Shown piece by piece: positions 48,458 through 58,592 of a stretch of DNA of 64,000 nucleotides. Source of the DNA: an uncultured Candidatus Cloacimonadota bacterium (GTDB lineage Bacteria; Cloacimonadota; Cloacimonadia; Cloacimonadales; JAJBBL01); contig CAYXFD010000008.1 in NCBI GenBank assembly GCA_964464175.1, positions 31,982 through 95,981 of the forward strand, in the 5' to 3' direction. A model generated the notes under the pieces. It ran no database searches, was not told the DNA's origin, and worked only from the letters and a program-made list of their open reading frames with translations. The position numbers were made by a program, and so were the translations under genes. Position 1 is the first letter of the stretch; each line of letters starts with the position of its first letter.

Positions 48458-50371
48458 TTATCTGATTACCGTAAATTTTCCGCTGACCGACGTCTCATCC
48501 GTTTGGTAACGATAGAAATAGATCCCCGATGCTAATTTACTTTCTTGATACCCCTGAAGAATGATATCTCTGACAAGAAAGCCAGCCACCTCTTCTTTTC
48601 GCTTCTCTTCCTTTATTTTTCTTCCTCTGATATCATATATCTGAAGCCTGCTATTGGTCTTTACCGGATGAAATACTGCAAAGGAGATTATCCCGGAATG
48701 GCGTTGTTTATCTGTCAGGAATATGGGATTAGGGAAGACCCGGCAGGAGAGTTCATCCTGAACAATATCTGTCTGCTCTCCGGTTGCAGTATAGATTTCA
48801 TATTCTGCTACAGCTACCGGGCTCGGTGTCCAGTGTTCCTTGTAACCCCTTGCAGAAATAACAGTCGTTGTTTCGATAAAAATGGGCTGACTATAGACTG
48901 GAGAGTTTTCATCAGGATCACTGCCATCAAGGGTATATTTAATTATAGCATCTTCGGTTTCTACAAGGATCGAGACTAAAACAGAACCTTCATAAGCACC
49001 GGCTGGCGGTGAAAAAATCGGGGTAGTTACCGTACCGGTAATATTGAGCAGGCAACCGGAAGCATAACCGCCATCATTCGAGACTGCAAAGATAGTAACC
49101 AAACCGGTATCAAGGGCTGTAACAAATCCTGTTTCATCTACAAAAGCCAGGCTTTCATTTCCGGAATACCAATAATAGTCTTCATTGTCAGCTTCTTCCG
49201 GAGTAACACTGGCTGATAACTGATATGTTGTACCTGTCTGTAGAAGGAGTGAATCAGGCTCGACTTCTATACCATTAACCGAAACAAGATCAAAAGAGAC
49301 TAACCCTCCTTCTGTGCCGATCCACTTCCTTTGCCCACCCTCTATGGTAACTGCATTGATGCTGTTGTTCGATAATCCTGAATTTGCCTGATCATACAAT
49401 GATATGACAGTATTGTTTCTTCTCAATAAACCGCTGTTTGCTGTACCAAACCAGACAATACCATTTTCTTTGGAAGCTACTGCTTTAATGTGGTTCTCCG
49501 GAAGGAGAGAGTTGTTTTGATGATAGATTGTCCAAAGCGAACCGTCTAACTGAGCAAGTCCTCCGTTGTTTGTGCCGATATAGATACGGTTCAAAAGATC
49601 ACTTGCCAGCGAACGGGTATTATTGTCGGGGAGCGGGGAATTTCCGGTATTGAAAACTGTCCAGTCAGTACCATTGAAGCTGGCTGCACCGAAATTAGTT
49701 CCAATCCAAAGTAAATCATTGCTGTCAATATGGAGGGTGTAGATGAAATTATTGGGCAGCTCAGAATTACCTGAAGTATAAACCTGCCAATCAGTTCCGT
49801 TAAAACTTGCTAAACCACCTCCACCCAGGGTTCCGATCCAAACGGTATTATTCTCATCTATTGCAATGGCTGATACAACATTGCGGGGTAGAGGGGAATT
49901 ATTCATATCGTAAACTGTCCATCCCCGCCACGATCCGGTGGAATTCTGTCCGTTACTTATTCCGTCATAAACCGCCAAACCGCTGTTGGTTCCAATCCAG
50001 ATACTACCCATGTCGTCTATCGCCAAACAACGGATAGTATTATTCGGCAACTCCGAATTCATTGTTGTGTAAATAGTCCAGTCCGTTTCGTCAAAACGAG
50101 CTAATCCCCCGGAAGTACCTATCCATTTAATGCCATTGTCAGCAATTGCTAAAGAGAGAACACTGTTTGAGGGTAAGTCTGAATCAGCTGTTGTATAGGT
50201 CTGCCAGAGTTCTCCCTTTAGGGGTGTAGATGTCAGTAAGAAAAGGGTAACCATTAGCAGAAAAAAACCATTGAAGGCAGAGGGATAGTGATTTTTCGCT
50301 GATGATTGGATCTTTGTCATCGGCATAATCTTCCATAACCTCCTAATAGTGTTATCATTATTAACTCTCAT
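48458..50371 (-). CDS. secreted beta-propeller (two-component-regulator-propeller repeats) / Big_2 / T9SS C-terminal sorting domain protein
   Basis: 637 aa with a signal peptide. It has about 7 repeats of WIGT..GGLA.F(D/N)G..WT.Y....S.LP.N. A Big_2-like segment and a chitobiase-C-like segment follow. The C-terminus reads FPNPIF...LQIYDIRGRK...SGIYFYRY...KFTVIR. Confidence 0.7.
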   Translation of the reverse strand: MRVNNDNTIRRLWKIMPMTKIQSSAKNHYPSAFNGFFLLMVTLFLLTSTPLKGELWQTYTTADSDLPSNSVLSLAIADNGIKWIGTSGGLARFDETDWTIYTTMNSELPNNTIRCLAIDDMGSIWIGTNSGLAVYDGISNGQNSTGSWRGWTVYDMNNSPLPRNVVSAIAIDENNTVWIGTLGGGGLASFNGTDWQVYTSGNSELPNNFIYTLHIDSNDLLWIGTNFGAASFNGTDWTVFNTGNSPLPDNNTRSLASDLLNRIYIGTNNGGLAQLDGSLWTIYHQNNSLLPENHIKAVASKENGIVWFGTANSGLLRRNNTVISLYDQANSGLSNNSINAVTIEGGQRKWIGTEGGLVSFDLVSVNGIEVEPDSLLLQTGTTYQLSASVTPEEADNEDYYWYSGNESLAFVDETGFVTALDTGLVTIFAVSNDGGYASGCLLNITGTVTTPIFSPPAGAYEGSVLVSILVETEDAIIKYTLDGSDPDENSPVYSQPIFIETTTVISARGYKEHWTPSPVAVAEYEIYTATGEQTDIVQDELSCRVFPNPIFLTDKQRHSGIISFAVFHPVKTNSRLQIYDIRGRKIKEEKRKEEVAGFLVRDIILQGYQESKLASGIYFYRYQTDETSVSGKFTVIR

Positions 50372-50535
50372 TGATACAGCAGCCTCATAGCTTAATTGCT
50401 CAACTGCTTTTTTTAATGAAGTTATGAGAATAGAATGTCAAGCTATTATTCAGAGTGACTTTTGATTATAAGTTCTGGGAGATCTGTACTACATTACCAA
50501 TATGCAGAGTGATTACCAGTATTAAACAGGGAAAA

Positions 50536-50611
50536 TGGTGGGCCCAAGAGGAGTCGAACCTCTGACCGCCCGGTTATGAGCCGGGAGCTCTACCAACTGA
50601 GCTATAGGCCC
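50536..50611 (-). tRNA. tRNA with anticodon CAT (Met; an Ile2/lysidine identity cannot be excluded), CCA encoded
   Basis: Minus strand: GGGCCTA-TA-GCTC-AGTTGGTA-GAGC-T-CCCGG-CTCATAA-CCGGG-CGGTC-AGAGG-TTCGACT-CCTCT-TGGGCCC-A-CCA. The cloverleaf folds by hand. G1-C72 and the absence of a GGG/CCC anticodon stem argue against an initiator. Confidence 0.9.
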
Positions 50612-50833
50612 CAAGAGTTAATAACAAGAACGAAAACGGAACTCTCGCTATTTTTGTCAAGGATAAACGGCTCAAGTCACAGCAAACAACAGCACTGATC
50701 GCCGTAACTACTAACAGGAGAGACTGCGTTGTTATCTGTCGTGCGGAATGACAATACAATTTTTCAGTTTATACAGAAAAAAAGGACGCAGCCAAGGGAC
50801 TAAACAATCTTATAAGTCAGGGATATAAAGATG

Positions 50834-52570
50834 CTATTTGATGTTGTAATTATTTATGATCTTCATAAAGCCTTCGCTGCGGGTAGGATGTTTCAGCTTC
50901 CTTAGAGCTTTGTCTTCTATCTGTCTGATACGTTCCCGGGTAACATTAAAAATGTTTCCTACTTCTTCCAGGGTGCGGTGATAACCGTCATCAATACCGA
51001 AACGAAGTCTAATAACTCTCTCTTCCCGGGGGGTTAAGGTTCTGAGGACCTCATCAACGACTTTACTTAAGATAGAGCGTTCTGCCATTCTTTCGGGAGA
51101 AATCGTACTCTTGTCTTCGATAAAATCTCCCAGGATACTATCTTCACTGTCACTACCGATAGGTTTATCAAGGGAGACCGGTTCTTTAGAGATAGCCATT
51201 ATGCTCTTGATCTTTTCAATAGGCATATCGAGAACTTCAGCTAACTCTTCCGGATAAGGCTCTCTACCGAGTTTTTGCATTAGCCTTCTACTGGTACGGT
51301 TCAGCTTATTAATAGACTCGATCATATGAACAGGGATTCTGATTGTTCTGGCCTGATCGGCGATTGCTCTGGTGATAGCTTGTCTTATCCACCAAGTAGC
51401 GTAAGTACTGAATTTGTAGCCTTTCCGGTAGTCGTACTTATCAACAGCTTTCATCAATCCGGTATTCCCTTCCTGAATGAGATCGAGGAAATCCAAACCT
51501 CGATTGTTATATCTTTTTGCGATACTGACAACAAGCCGGACATTTGCTTCGATAAGATCATTTTGAGCACGTTCTTTCATCCTGGAACCTCTTTCGATCT
51601 CATCAAGGATAAAAATCATCTCATTAGCTGTAAGTCTTGTTTCCAATTCGACACGGCGGATTTTTCTTTTGGCATTCTTGATTTTTCTAAGGGTTTCGAT
51701 AAAGAGGTTAGGATCGACCCCTGTTTCTTTCTTTACCTCCTCCATGTCTTCTTCAGATTTCTTTGCTCTTCGTCCATAAGTACATATTTCATCTATAGAG
51801 AATTTCCTGATGCGTGAAAGATTGTTGATTGCTTTCATGCTCTCTTTTATTCTTCCGACCAGACTTCGCATTCGATAAACCATTCTCTTGATCAGTTTAT
51901 CATTAAAAGAGTAGCTGAAGAGGATCTCACGCAACTTTTCCCGGTAGCCATCGAGCTGCAGCTGAATGTCGGGAGGGATATCTAATTCAGTGTCAATATT
52001 ATCGATAATTTCACCGATCTGGTCAAAAAGATGGTCAATAGAAGCCAATAATTTATCAAATTCTTCTACTAACTTTTCTTCCTGAGCTTTTTCCAGACAG
52101 GTGCCATACTCTATCTTAAATATCTGATCGATGCGGACTCTTTTCTCATGGTAACGATGATGGAAATTGTGTAATTCCCTGAGAGTGCTGCCGGAGATAA
52201 ATATATTCTGATTGATCATCCTTTGAGCGCTTTCGATCTTCTTCGCCAGACGAACTTCTCCCTCTCTGTCCAAGAGGGGGACTCTGCCCATTTCTCGCAG
52301 ATACATTCTGACCGGGTCGTCGTAGTATCTCTTATTCTTGAATTTTTTGACTTCTACCTCTTTCTTCGCTCCTCCACCCCTGGCGAACCTTTTTTGGGTT
52401 TCATCGACGATCTCGATGCCCTGATCGTTTATATCGGTAATCAGATCATCGATACGCTCCAGGAATAAAGCACTGAGTGGTATAATGTCATTGATCTGTT
52501 TATAAGTCAATGTCTTGCTCTCATGGGCTACAGCAAGTAGTTTTTCCAAACATTCCTTATAACTTAACAT
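50834..52570 (-). CDS. rpoD: RNA polymerase sigma factor RpoD (sigma-70)
   Basis: 578 aa. Region 2 motifs [39 protein letters not shown], and region 4.2 [20 protein letters not shown]. Confidence 0.95.
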   Translation of the reverse strand: MLSYKECLEKLLAVAHESKTLTYKQINDIIPLSALFLERIDDLITDINDQGIEIVDETQKRFARGGGAKKEVEVKKFKNKRYYDDPVRMYLREMGRVPLLDREGEVRLAKKIESAQRMINQNIFISGSTLRELHNFHHRYHEKRVRIDQIFKIEYGTCLEKAQEEKLVEEFDKLLASIDHLFDQIGEIIDNIDTELDIPPDIQLQLDGYREKLREILFSYSFNDKLIKRMVYRMRSLVGRIKESMKAINNLSRIRKFSIDEICTYGRRAKKSEEDMEEVKKETGVDPNLFIETLRKIKNAKRKIRRVELETRLTANEMIFILDEIERGSRMKERAQNDLIEANVRLVVSIAKRYNNRGLDFLDLIQEGNTGLMKAVDKYDYRKGYKFSTYATWWIRQAITRAIADQARTIRIPVHMIESINKLNRTSRRLMQKLGREPYPEELAEVLDMPIEKIKSIMAISKEPVSLDKPIGSDSEDSILGDFIEDKSTISPERMAERSILSKVVDEVLRTLTPREERVIRLRFGIDDGYHRTLEEVGNIFNVTRERIRQIEDKALRKLKHPTRSEGFMKIINNYNIK

Positions 52571-52591
52571 GAATGCTCCTTTATGGTCTTT

Positions 52592-54319
52592 TTATGGTAT
52601 AACCTTGTGCGATAAGTTCCGTATCTTTTCCAGCAGTTCCTTTTTTCGGCTAATTATTGTCGATTGATTTTCTTCTTCCGAGAGATATCTGTCCAGATTT
52701 CTTAACTCATTCTTGAATTTTCGTATTTTGAGATCACAGATAATCTCCTGGTAAGAGACAGGCGGTATGTCTGCTAATGATAATTCACTTATTATCTTCA
52801 CTTGCATGGAATCATTTTCCTCTAATTCTGCTAAAAGAGATGCAATTCTATCATTATCGATAATATAACCTAAGGAGGTCAATGATTCAAAAACTTTTTT
52901 ATAGGTTTCCTGAAAAAAATAGCCGGAATCGATATCCTGCAGTTCCTTGGGATCTTCAATCAAACCATTAATCAGATAGATTAGAAATGTTTTTTCTTCA
53001 TTATGCTTTAACGATGGATTGGATACAGTTTTATAAACTTGAGTTTCTTTTCTGCTTGTTCTTCTTGTTCTAATTCTCTTGCTCAAGGCTGAGACGGAGA
53101 CACTAAAGATATTGGCGGTTTCCTTCAAAAGTAGTTCTCTGTTGAGTTCATCGGTAATATCATTGGCAATTTCCAGTATCGTTTCCAGTTTTCCTTTTTG
53201 ATTAAGTGCCAGATTAGAACTGTGATAGAGATATTCAGTTAAAGTTCTGGCTTTAGCGATCAGTTCCCTAAACTCCTCTTTACTGTGATTTTTAAAGAAA
53301 TTGTCTGCATCTTCACCCTCAGGAAGTGAAATGATCCTGGGATTTGCTCCGGAAATGATGATATTACCGGCAGCTTTAACAGCAGCTTTACGTCCGGCAG
53401 TATCAGCATCAAAAAGAAGGTAGATGTTTGACGAATAGCGATTCAATAATTTTATCTGATCGTCGGTAAAGGCAGTTCCCAGTGTGGCGACAGAGTTGCC
53501 AAATCCCTCTTCAAATAGCCGGAGAAAATCAGTATAGCCTTCAGTTACCAGGGCATAATCTAGTTTTCTGATCTCGTTTTTTGTCAGATAAAAGCCGTAT
53601 AGTTCTTTTCCTTTTGTATAGAGGTCGGTAGTCGGGGAATTAACATACTTGGCAATCTTAGAAGAATCAGAGAGCAGTCTTGCCCCGAAAGCTACTACAT
53701 TACCGTTTGCTGAATGAATAGGGAAAATGAGTCTATCACGGAAAAGATCAAGATTTCCTCTCAGAGTATGAGTAAAGAGACCAGAGTTTTCAAGCAGGTT
53801 TTTATTAATTTCACATTTCAAGAGATAGTTGTGAAGAGCAGCAGAGCTATTCAGGGCATAACCGAGTTCGAATTTCCGGCAGGTAGCAGCAGAGATACCT
53901 CTGCTTTCAAGATATCTTAAGACATGTTCACCAAAGCGGTTGAGATTCTCTTTATAGTGATCTTTAGCTAATTCATATACCTTGAGGAGAAGATTTTGGC
54001 GTGATTCTTTTTTCTTTTGTGTCTTATCCTTTGATTTTAGCTGTATGCCGCCCCTGGCTGCTAATTTTTCCAATGCTTCGAAAAAGGTAATATTCTCGAT
54101 TTCTTTAACGAAATGGATTACATTCCCACCTTTACCACAGCCGAAGCATTTGAAGATTTGTTTTTTATCACTTACCACAAAAGAAGGGGTTTTCTCGTCA
54201 TGGAAAGGGCAGCAGGCTTTGAAGTTTGTTCCCGCTTTTTTCAACGGAAGATATTGTTCGACAATATTCACAATGTCATTGCTTTCGATGATCTGATCTA
54301 TAAGGCGCTGATCAAGCAT
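52592..54319 (-). CDS. dnaG: DNA primase
   Basis: 575 aa. Zinc finger CPFHDEKTPSF...CFGCGKGG, and a TOPRIM domain (VTEGYTDF...DADTAGRKA). Confidence 0.95.
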   Translation of the reverse strand: MLDQRLIDQIIESNDIVNIVEQYLPLKKAGTNFKACCPFHDEKTPSFVVSDKKQIFKCFGCGKGGNVIHFVKEIENITFFEALEKLAARGGIQLKSKDKTQKKKESRQNLLLKVYELAKDHYKENLNRFGEHVLRYLESRGISAATCRKFELGYALNSSAALHNYLLKCEINKNLLENSGLFTHTLRGNLDLFRDRLIFPIHSANGNVVAFGARLLSDSSKIAKYVNSPTTDLYTKGKELYGFYLTKNEIRKLDYALVTEGYTDFLRLFEEGFGNSVATLGTAFTDDQIKLLNRYSSNIYLLFDADTAGRKAAVKAAGNIIISGANPRIISLPEGEDADNFFKNHSKEEFRELIAKARTLTEYLYHSSNLALNQKGKLETILEIANDITDELNRELLLKETANIFSVSVSALSKRIRTRRTSRKETQVYKTVSNPSLKHNEEKTFLIYLINGLIEDPKELQDIDSGYFFQETYKKVFESLTSLGYIIDNDRIASLLAELEENDSMQVKIISELSLADIPPVSYQEIICDLKIRKFKNELRNLDRYLSEEENQSTIISRKKELLEKIRNLSHKVIP

Positions 54320-54333
54320 ATAATATTCCTCGT

Positions 54334-56688
54334 TTATCTGATAACAACAACAGTAACTCCGTCCCCTCCGGCTTCCGGAGCCGGAGAATAGAATTCTTTG
54401 ACCTTTTCCACACCTTTCAGATATTTTCGTATCTTATTTCTTAAGGCACCCGTACCTTTTCCGTGAACAATGCGGAGTTTATTAAGACCTGCCAGGTAAC
54501 CTTCATCCAGAAATGTTTCTACCAGAGGCAGGGCATCCTCGAAAGTCATACCGATTACTTTAATTTCCGTTTTAGCCTGATTTGAAGAGAGAACTTCCTT
54601 TCTGTCTCTGGTTATATAATCTCTCTTAACAGATTTCTGATAATAGAGATTATCAATATTCGTTACAAACAATATACCATTGAAATCAACTTTAACAGAA
54701 TTTTTTTCGACTGCCGAAATTTCTCCGATTCCATCTAAGTCTCTTATCCAGACAATCTCTCCAATTTTTGGTTCTGTAACAGGGATTAGATCTTTAACAC
54801 GGAGATCCATTTCTTCCTGACCCAGCTGAGAGTTAAGGGTTGAAACTTTTTTTAGGACCTGCTTTGCAGCTTTCTTTCTTTCGTCTCTTTCCAATTCTTT
54901 CAGCTTTGCTAATTCATTACCGAACTCTCTCTGGATATTAACAAGGAATTCACGGGAATCTTTTAACAACTCCTGTCTGGTATTCTTTTTTTCCTGCTCC
55001 ATTAAAGAGAGCTTTTTATCATATTCGTTGATCTTCTGATTGAGAAGGTTTAGTTTCAGCTCATAATGAAATTTTGTTTGAGCAAGTTCATTCTTCTCGG
55101 ATGAAATCCTGGCGAGTAAATCGGTTAGCTCTACATTAGTTTTACCGGTTAACTCTTTTGCCCGTTGCAGGACAGTTTCTTGTAAGCCCAAACCTTCAGC
55201 AATCTCCAGGGCAAAGCTGTTCCCCGGAAGTCCTGGTCGAAAACGATAAGTGGGAAGATGCTGTTCCGGATCAAATTGCATTGCTGCATTCTTACACCTC
55301 TCAGATTTCAGGGCGAACAGCTTTAACGGGGTAAAATGGGTGGTAATCACTCCGGTTACTTTCTTATCTACCAGAGTTTCTGTTATTGCCTGGGCAAGAG
55401 CAGCTCCCTGTTCGGGATCGGTAGCAGAACCTATCTCATCGATAAGAATAAGAGTTTTATCATTACCTGTTTCGAGCATTTGTTTGATATGTTGCAGATG
55501 AGCTGAAAATGTACTGAGTGAATCCTCTAATGATTGCTGATCCCCAATATCGGCAAGAATATCATGAAAAAGTCCGATCTCGGACCCGGAGGCAGCAGGA
55601 ATGGTAAGCCCGCTCAAAGCCATTAGAGTCAACAAACCTATTGCTTTCAGGGTGACAGTTTTACCGCCGGTGTTGGGACCGGAAAGAATAAGAATATCAT
55701 ATTCTTCTCCTAAGGATAGGTCGAAAGGAATCACCTTTTGCCGGTCTTGCATGGCATGGAGTAATAACGGATGCCGGGCTTCTTTCAGTTTTATGACAGT
55801 ATTTGAGGCAATTAAAGGTATTGTGCCTTCAATAAGATTACCTAAGCGGGCTGCCGCGAAGTAATAATCCAATTCACAAAGTATCGAATAGTCTTCCAGA
55901 ATTTCATTTCGGTTGCTTTGAATGAGGGTCGTAAAATCTCTAAAGATCCTGTAGATTTCCTCTTTTTCTTCCTGGCGGAGTTGATGAATTTCATTATTCA
56001 TTCCCACTGCTTCGTTCGGTTCCACAAAAATAGTAGATCTGCTTCCGGAATAACCGTGGATAATCCCCGGTACTGTTCCGATAGCCCCTTCCTTTATAGG
56101 GATAACATAACGATCATCACGTTGCGTAATGATCTTGTCTTGAATAGCTTTCTCTAAGGTCTTATCCTGAATTCTTTTGGTCAAGAGATTTAAAACATTC
56201 TGCCGGACACGGAATTGCCGTTTTCTTATCTCTTTTAATTCCGGTGAAGCTGTATCAAGTACTTCACCCTCGTCTGAGAATATCGATTCGTATCGTTTTG
56301 CCAAGAGAGGGAAGAAGGCTAATTTTTTAACTATTTTCGTATACTCGGGATAGTTAGTAAAACTAACCTCATCATTGTTAAGATCGTTGCTGAGCTCACC
56401 CGCTTTCTGTATAATCTTATAGATTTTCTTGAACTCCGGATATGAGTAAGTAAGGTGTTGATAATTGAAAAAGAGAGGTTTAATGTCCGTAACATCATGA
56501 AATTCGTAGTCACAGCAGCATAAGATCACACCCTGGATCTCAGCAACCACCTGATGTCTGTAACGGATCTGAGCTGGCTCTTTCAAGGGGGTTAAAGACT
56601 GGGCAAAACGTTTTCCTGAAACGGTATGGCAGAGATTAGCCAGAATTTTTTTAAGTTTATCAAATTCGAGTTGTTTATGAGAATCCAT
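54334..56688 (-). CDS. mutS2: endonuclease MutS2 (MutS domain V + C-terminal Smr)
   Basis: 784 aa. Walker A SGPNTGGKTVTLK and Walker B LILIDEIGSATDP. The C-terminal Smr domain reads LRIVHGKGTGALR. Confidence 0.93.
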   Translation of the reverse strand: MDSHKQLEFDKLKKILANLCHTVSGKRFAQSLTPLKEPAQIRYRHQVVAEIQGVILCCCDYEFHDVTDIKPLFFNYQHLTYSYPEFKKIYKIIQKAGELSNDLNNDEVSFTNYPEYTKIVKKLAFFPLLAKRYESIFSDEGEVLDTASPELKEIRKRQFRVRQNVLNLLTKRIQDKTLEKAIQDKIITQRDDRYVIPIKEGAIGTVPGIIHGYSGSRSTIFVEPNEAVGMNNEIHQLRQEEKEEIYRIFRDFTTLIQSNRNEILEDYSILCELDYYFAAARLGNLIEGTIPLIASNTVIKLKEARHPLLLHAMQDRQKVIPFDLSLGEEYDILILSGPNTGGKTVTLKAIGLLTLMALSGLTIPAASGSEIGLFHDILADIGDQQSLEDSLSTFSAHLQHIKQMLETGNDKTLILIDEIGSATDPEQGAALAQAITETLVDKKVTGVITTHFTPLKLFALKSERCKNAAMQFDPEQHLPTYRFRPGLPGNSFALEIAEGLGLQETVLQRAKELTGKTNVELTDLLARISSEKNELAQTKFHYELKLNLLNQKINEYDKKLSLMEQEKKNTRQELLKDSREFLVNIQREFGNELAKLKELERDERKKAAKQVLKKVSTLNSQLGQEEMDLRVKDLIPVTEPKIGEIVWIRDLDGIGEISAVEKNSVKVDFNGILFVTNIDNLYYQKSVKRDYITRDRKEVLSSNQAKTEIKVIGMTFEDALPLVETFLDEGYLAGLNKLRIVHGKGTGALRNKIRKYLKGVEKVKEFYSPAPEAGGDGVTVVVIR

Positions 56689-56738
56689 CAGGATATTGAT
56701 CTAACTATCTTTTACTTAATTGTTACCAAATATTATGA

Positions 56739-57275
56739 CTAAACGGGACGAGTGCCACGGGCTCTTTCGTAGCGTTGTTTTGTCGGTTTGCTTCCCGGAA
56801 CCCCCTCTCGATATTTACTGATAATATCTTCAGCTATTATTTTTGCTGAAGTATAGAGTGTTGATCTGTTTCTTGATTCTCCCAGTAATGAAGCAACTGT
56901 AGAAACCTCCAGAATCATAACAATGATAATAACAATAGCGGATCCGAATAGAATATTAAAAACTCCCCCCAGAAGGCGGTCAAGCCATTTCATCCGGATA
57001 ACGGTCATCAGATTTTGCAGCAGAGTAGATATTCCTTTTGCTAAAAGCATTATTACGAAAAAAATTACAACGTAACCTAATAATAGAGCCCAATTGGCTG
57101 AGATACCGAGTTTTAGGTGAATACCGTCTCTTATCAATACTCCGAATTGTCTGACCAGAATAATTACCAATACCATTCCTAATAACTGAAGGAAGGAGAG
57201 CAAGAAGCCTCTCTTGACCCCTAAATAAAAAAACAGAAAGATAACTAAGAGTAAAATAATGTCTAAATAGTTCAT
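56739..57275 (-). CDS. cvpA: CvpA-family membrane protein
   Basis: 178 aa. The N-terminus MNYLDIILLLVIFLFFYLGVKRGFL and four TM helices are typical of CvpA. Confidence 0.75.
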   Translation of the reverse strand: MNYLDIILLLVIFLFFYLGVKRGFLLSFLQLLGMVLVIILVRQFGVLIRDGIHLKLGISANWALLLGYVVIFFVIMLLAKGISTLLQNLMTVIRMKWLDRLLGGVFNILFGSAIVIIIVMILEVSTVASLLGESRNRSTLYTSAKIIAEDIISKYREGVPGSKPTKQRYERARGTRPV

Positions 57276-57394
57276 TATGACCTCCCGGTACTCTGCTCTT
57301 ATTTCTCAGGATAACTCATCGACTAGATAAAGCGAACTAAGAATGTAAACTAAAAAAACCAGTTATCTAATAAGCTATAGTGATTATCCGGTGC

Positions 57395-57418
57395 AAAAAA
57401 AGGGAGTCAACTCCCTTT
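57395..57418 (-). terminator. rho-independent terminator downstream of rpsU
   Basis: The minus-strand RNA reads AAAGGGAG-UUGA-CUCCCUUU followed by UUUUGC. It lies about 105 nt after the rpsU stop. Confidence 0.6.
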
Positions 57419-57524
57419 ATTTTGCTTACTGCTAAGACTCTTGAGAAAACCAACCGATGATTAGTTCTCTTAATTACATTAATGATTCTGATTAAGTATT
57501 GTGTAGGCTCGACTTTATATCAAA

Positions 57525-57728
57525 TCATGAATAACGCCGCATTTTGCGGGCAATCTTCATGGCTTTTCTTTTGGCTACATTACGTTTTCTTTTTCTCTCT
57601 TCGCTCGGTTTCTCATAAGCTTGATGTTTCTTGATATCAGAGAGAATAGCTGCCTTTTCACATTTCTTTTTGAACCTTTTCAAGGTTATCTCGAAAGGCT
57701 CTCCGTCGCGACTGTAAACTATCGGCAC
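57525..57728 (-). CDS. rpsU: 30S ribosomal protein S21
   Basis: 67 aa. The sequence (M)[47 protein letters not shown] is canonical S21. GTG start, 8 nt after GGAGG. Confidence 0.93.
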   Translation of the reverse strand: MPIVYSRDGEPFEITLKRFKKKCEKAAILSDIKKHQAYEKPSEERKRKRNVAKRKAMKIARKMRRYS

Positions 57729-58052
57729 TAAATTTACCTCCTGAATTTTTTTCTTTAGTATGACAAAATCTGATAGTAAGGTTACGCTGTCAAGATAAAA
57801 GAATGAAAGGAGGCTTAAGGGCTGACGGAGAACAACGATACTTCTTGTTTAACCAAGATATCAACTCGGCGAGCAACTGAATTAAACAGTTGAAATAGCG
57901 TTTTTTTCTTGATCGTTTTTCATTGACTTATTAAAGAACGCTAAAATATTGGATGGATAAGAAAGGACTGGACATTAATTCCGGAACAGCTTATGATATA
58001 GTTACATTACTTTAACGTTTATACAGGAAATTTGTCACAAATGGAGGATTTG

Positions 58053-58583
58053 ATGAAAAGGATGATACTAAGCGCTTTAAGCATGATACTGGCGGGTACT
58101 TTGATGTATGGCCAAACAATCAATATAGGATATATTGACTTAGAGAGAATAATGATGAGAAGCCGTGATACACAAGAAGCTCAATCAGTTTTTATGCAGG
58201 AATATGAGAGTTGGGAGCGTGAACTGTCTCGCATGGAAGAAGAGATCCAGAGATTACAGTCAGAATATGAGGCGAGGAAGCTTACTTTGACCGAATCGGG
58301 AAGGGTACAAGCCGAAGAGCGCATTCAAGACAAAATTAGCGAGCGTCGGCAGTATGTTGATAGTATATTCGGTGAGGGGGGATTAGCAATGCAGCGTAAC
58401 GCTGAGTTGTTAGAGCCAATTATGGATAAATTGAGAGATGCTATTGAAAAAGTGGCGATAGAGTACAATTATTCAATTATATTTGATGCTGAAGGGGGAG
58501 GGATCCTTTATGCAAAACCAAATCTTGATGTAACGGATTTAGTTCTGCAAGATTTGGATGACCTTACAGAAGAGGGAGATTAG
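58053..58583 (+). CDS. skp: periplasmic chaperone Skp/OmpH
   Basis: It has a signal peptide and then a coiled E/R/Q-rich body. Its position upstream of lpxD is conserved. I prefer the ATG at 58053 (after GGAGG) over the track's TTG at 58032. Confidence 0.8.
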   Translation: MKRMILSALSMILAGTLMYGQTINIGYIDLERIMMRSRDTQEAQSVFMQEYESWERELSRMEEEIQRLQSEYEARKLTLTESGRVQAEERIQDKISERRQYVDSIFGEGGLAMQRNAELLEPIMDKLRDAIEKVAIEYNYSIIFDAEGGGILYAKPNLDVTDLVLQDLDDLTEEGD

Positions 58584-58592
58584 TTAAAGGCT

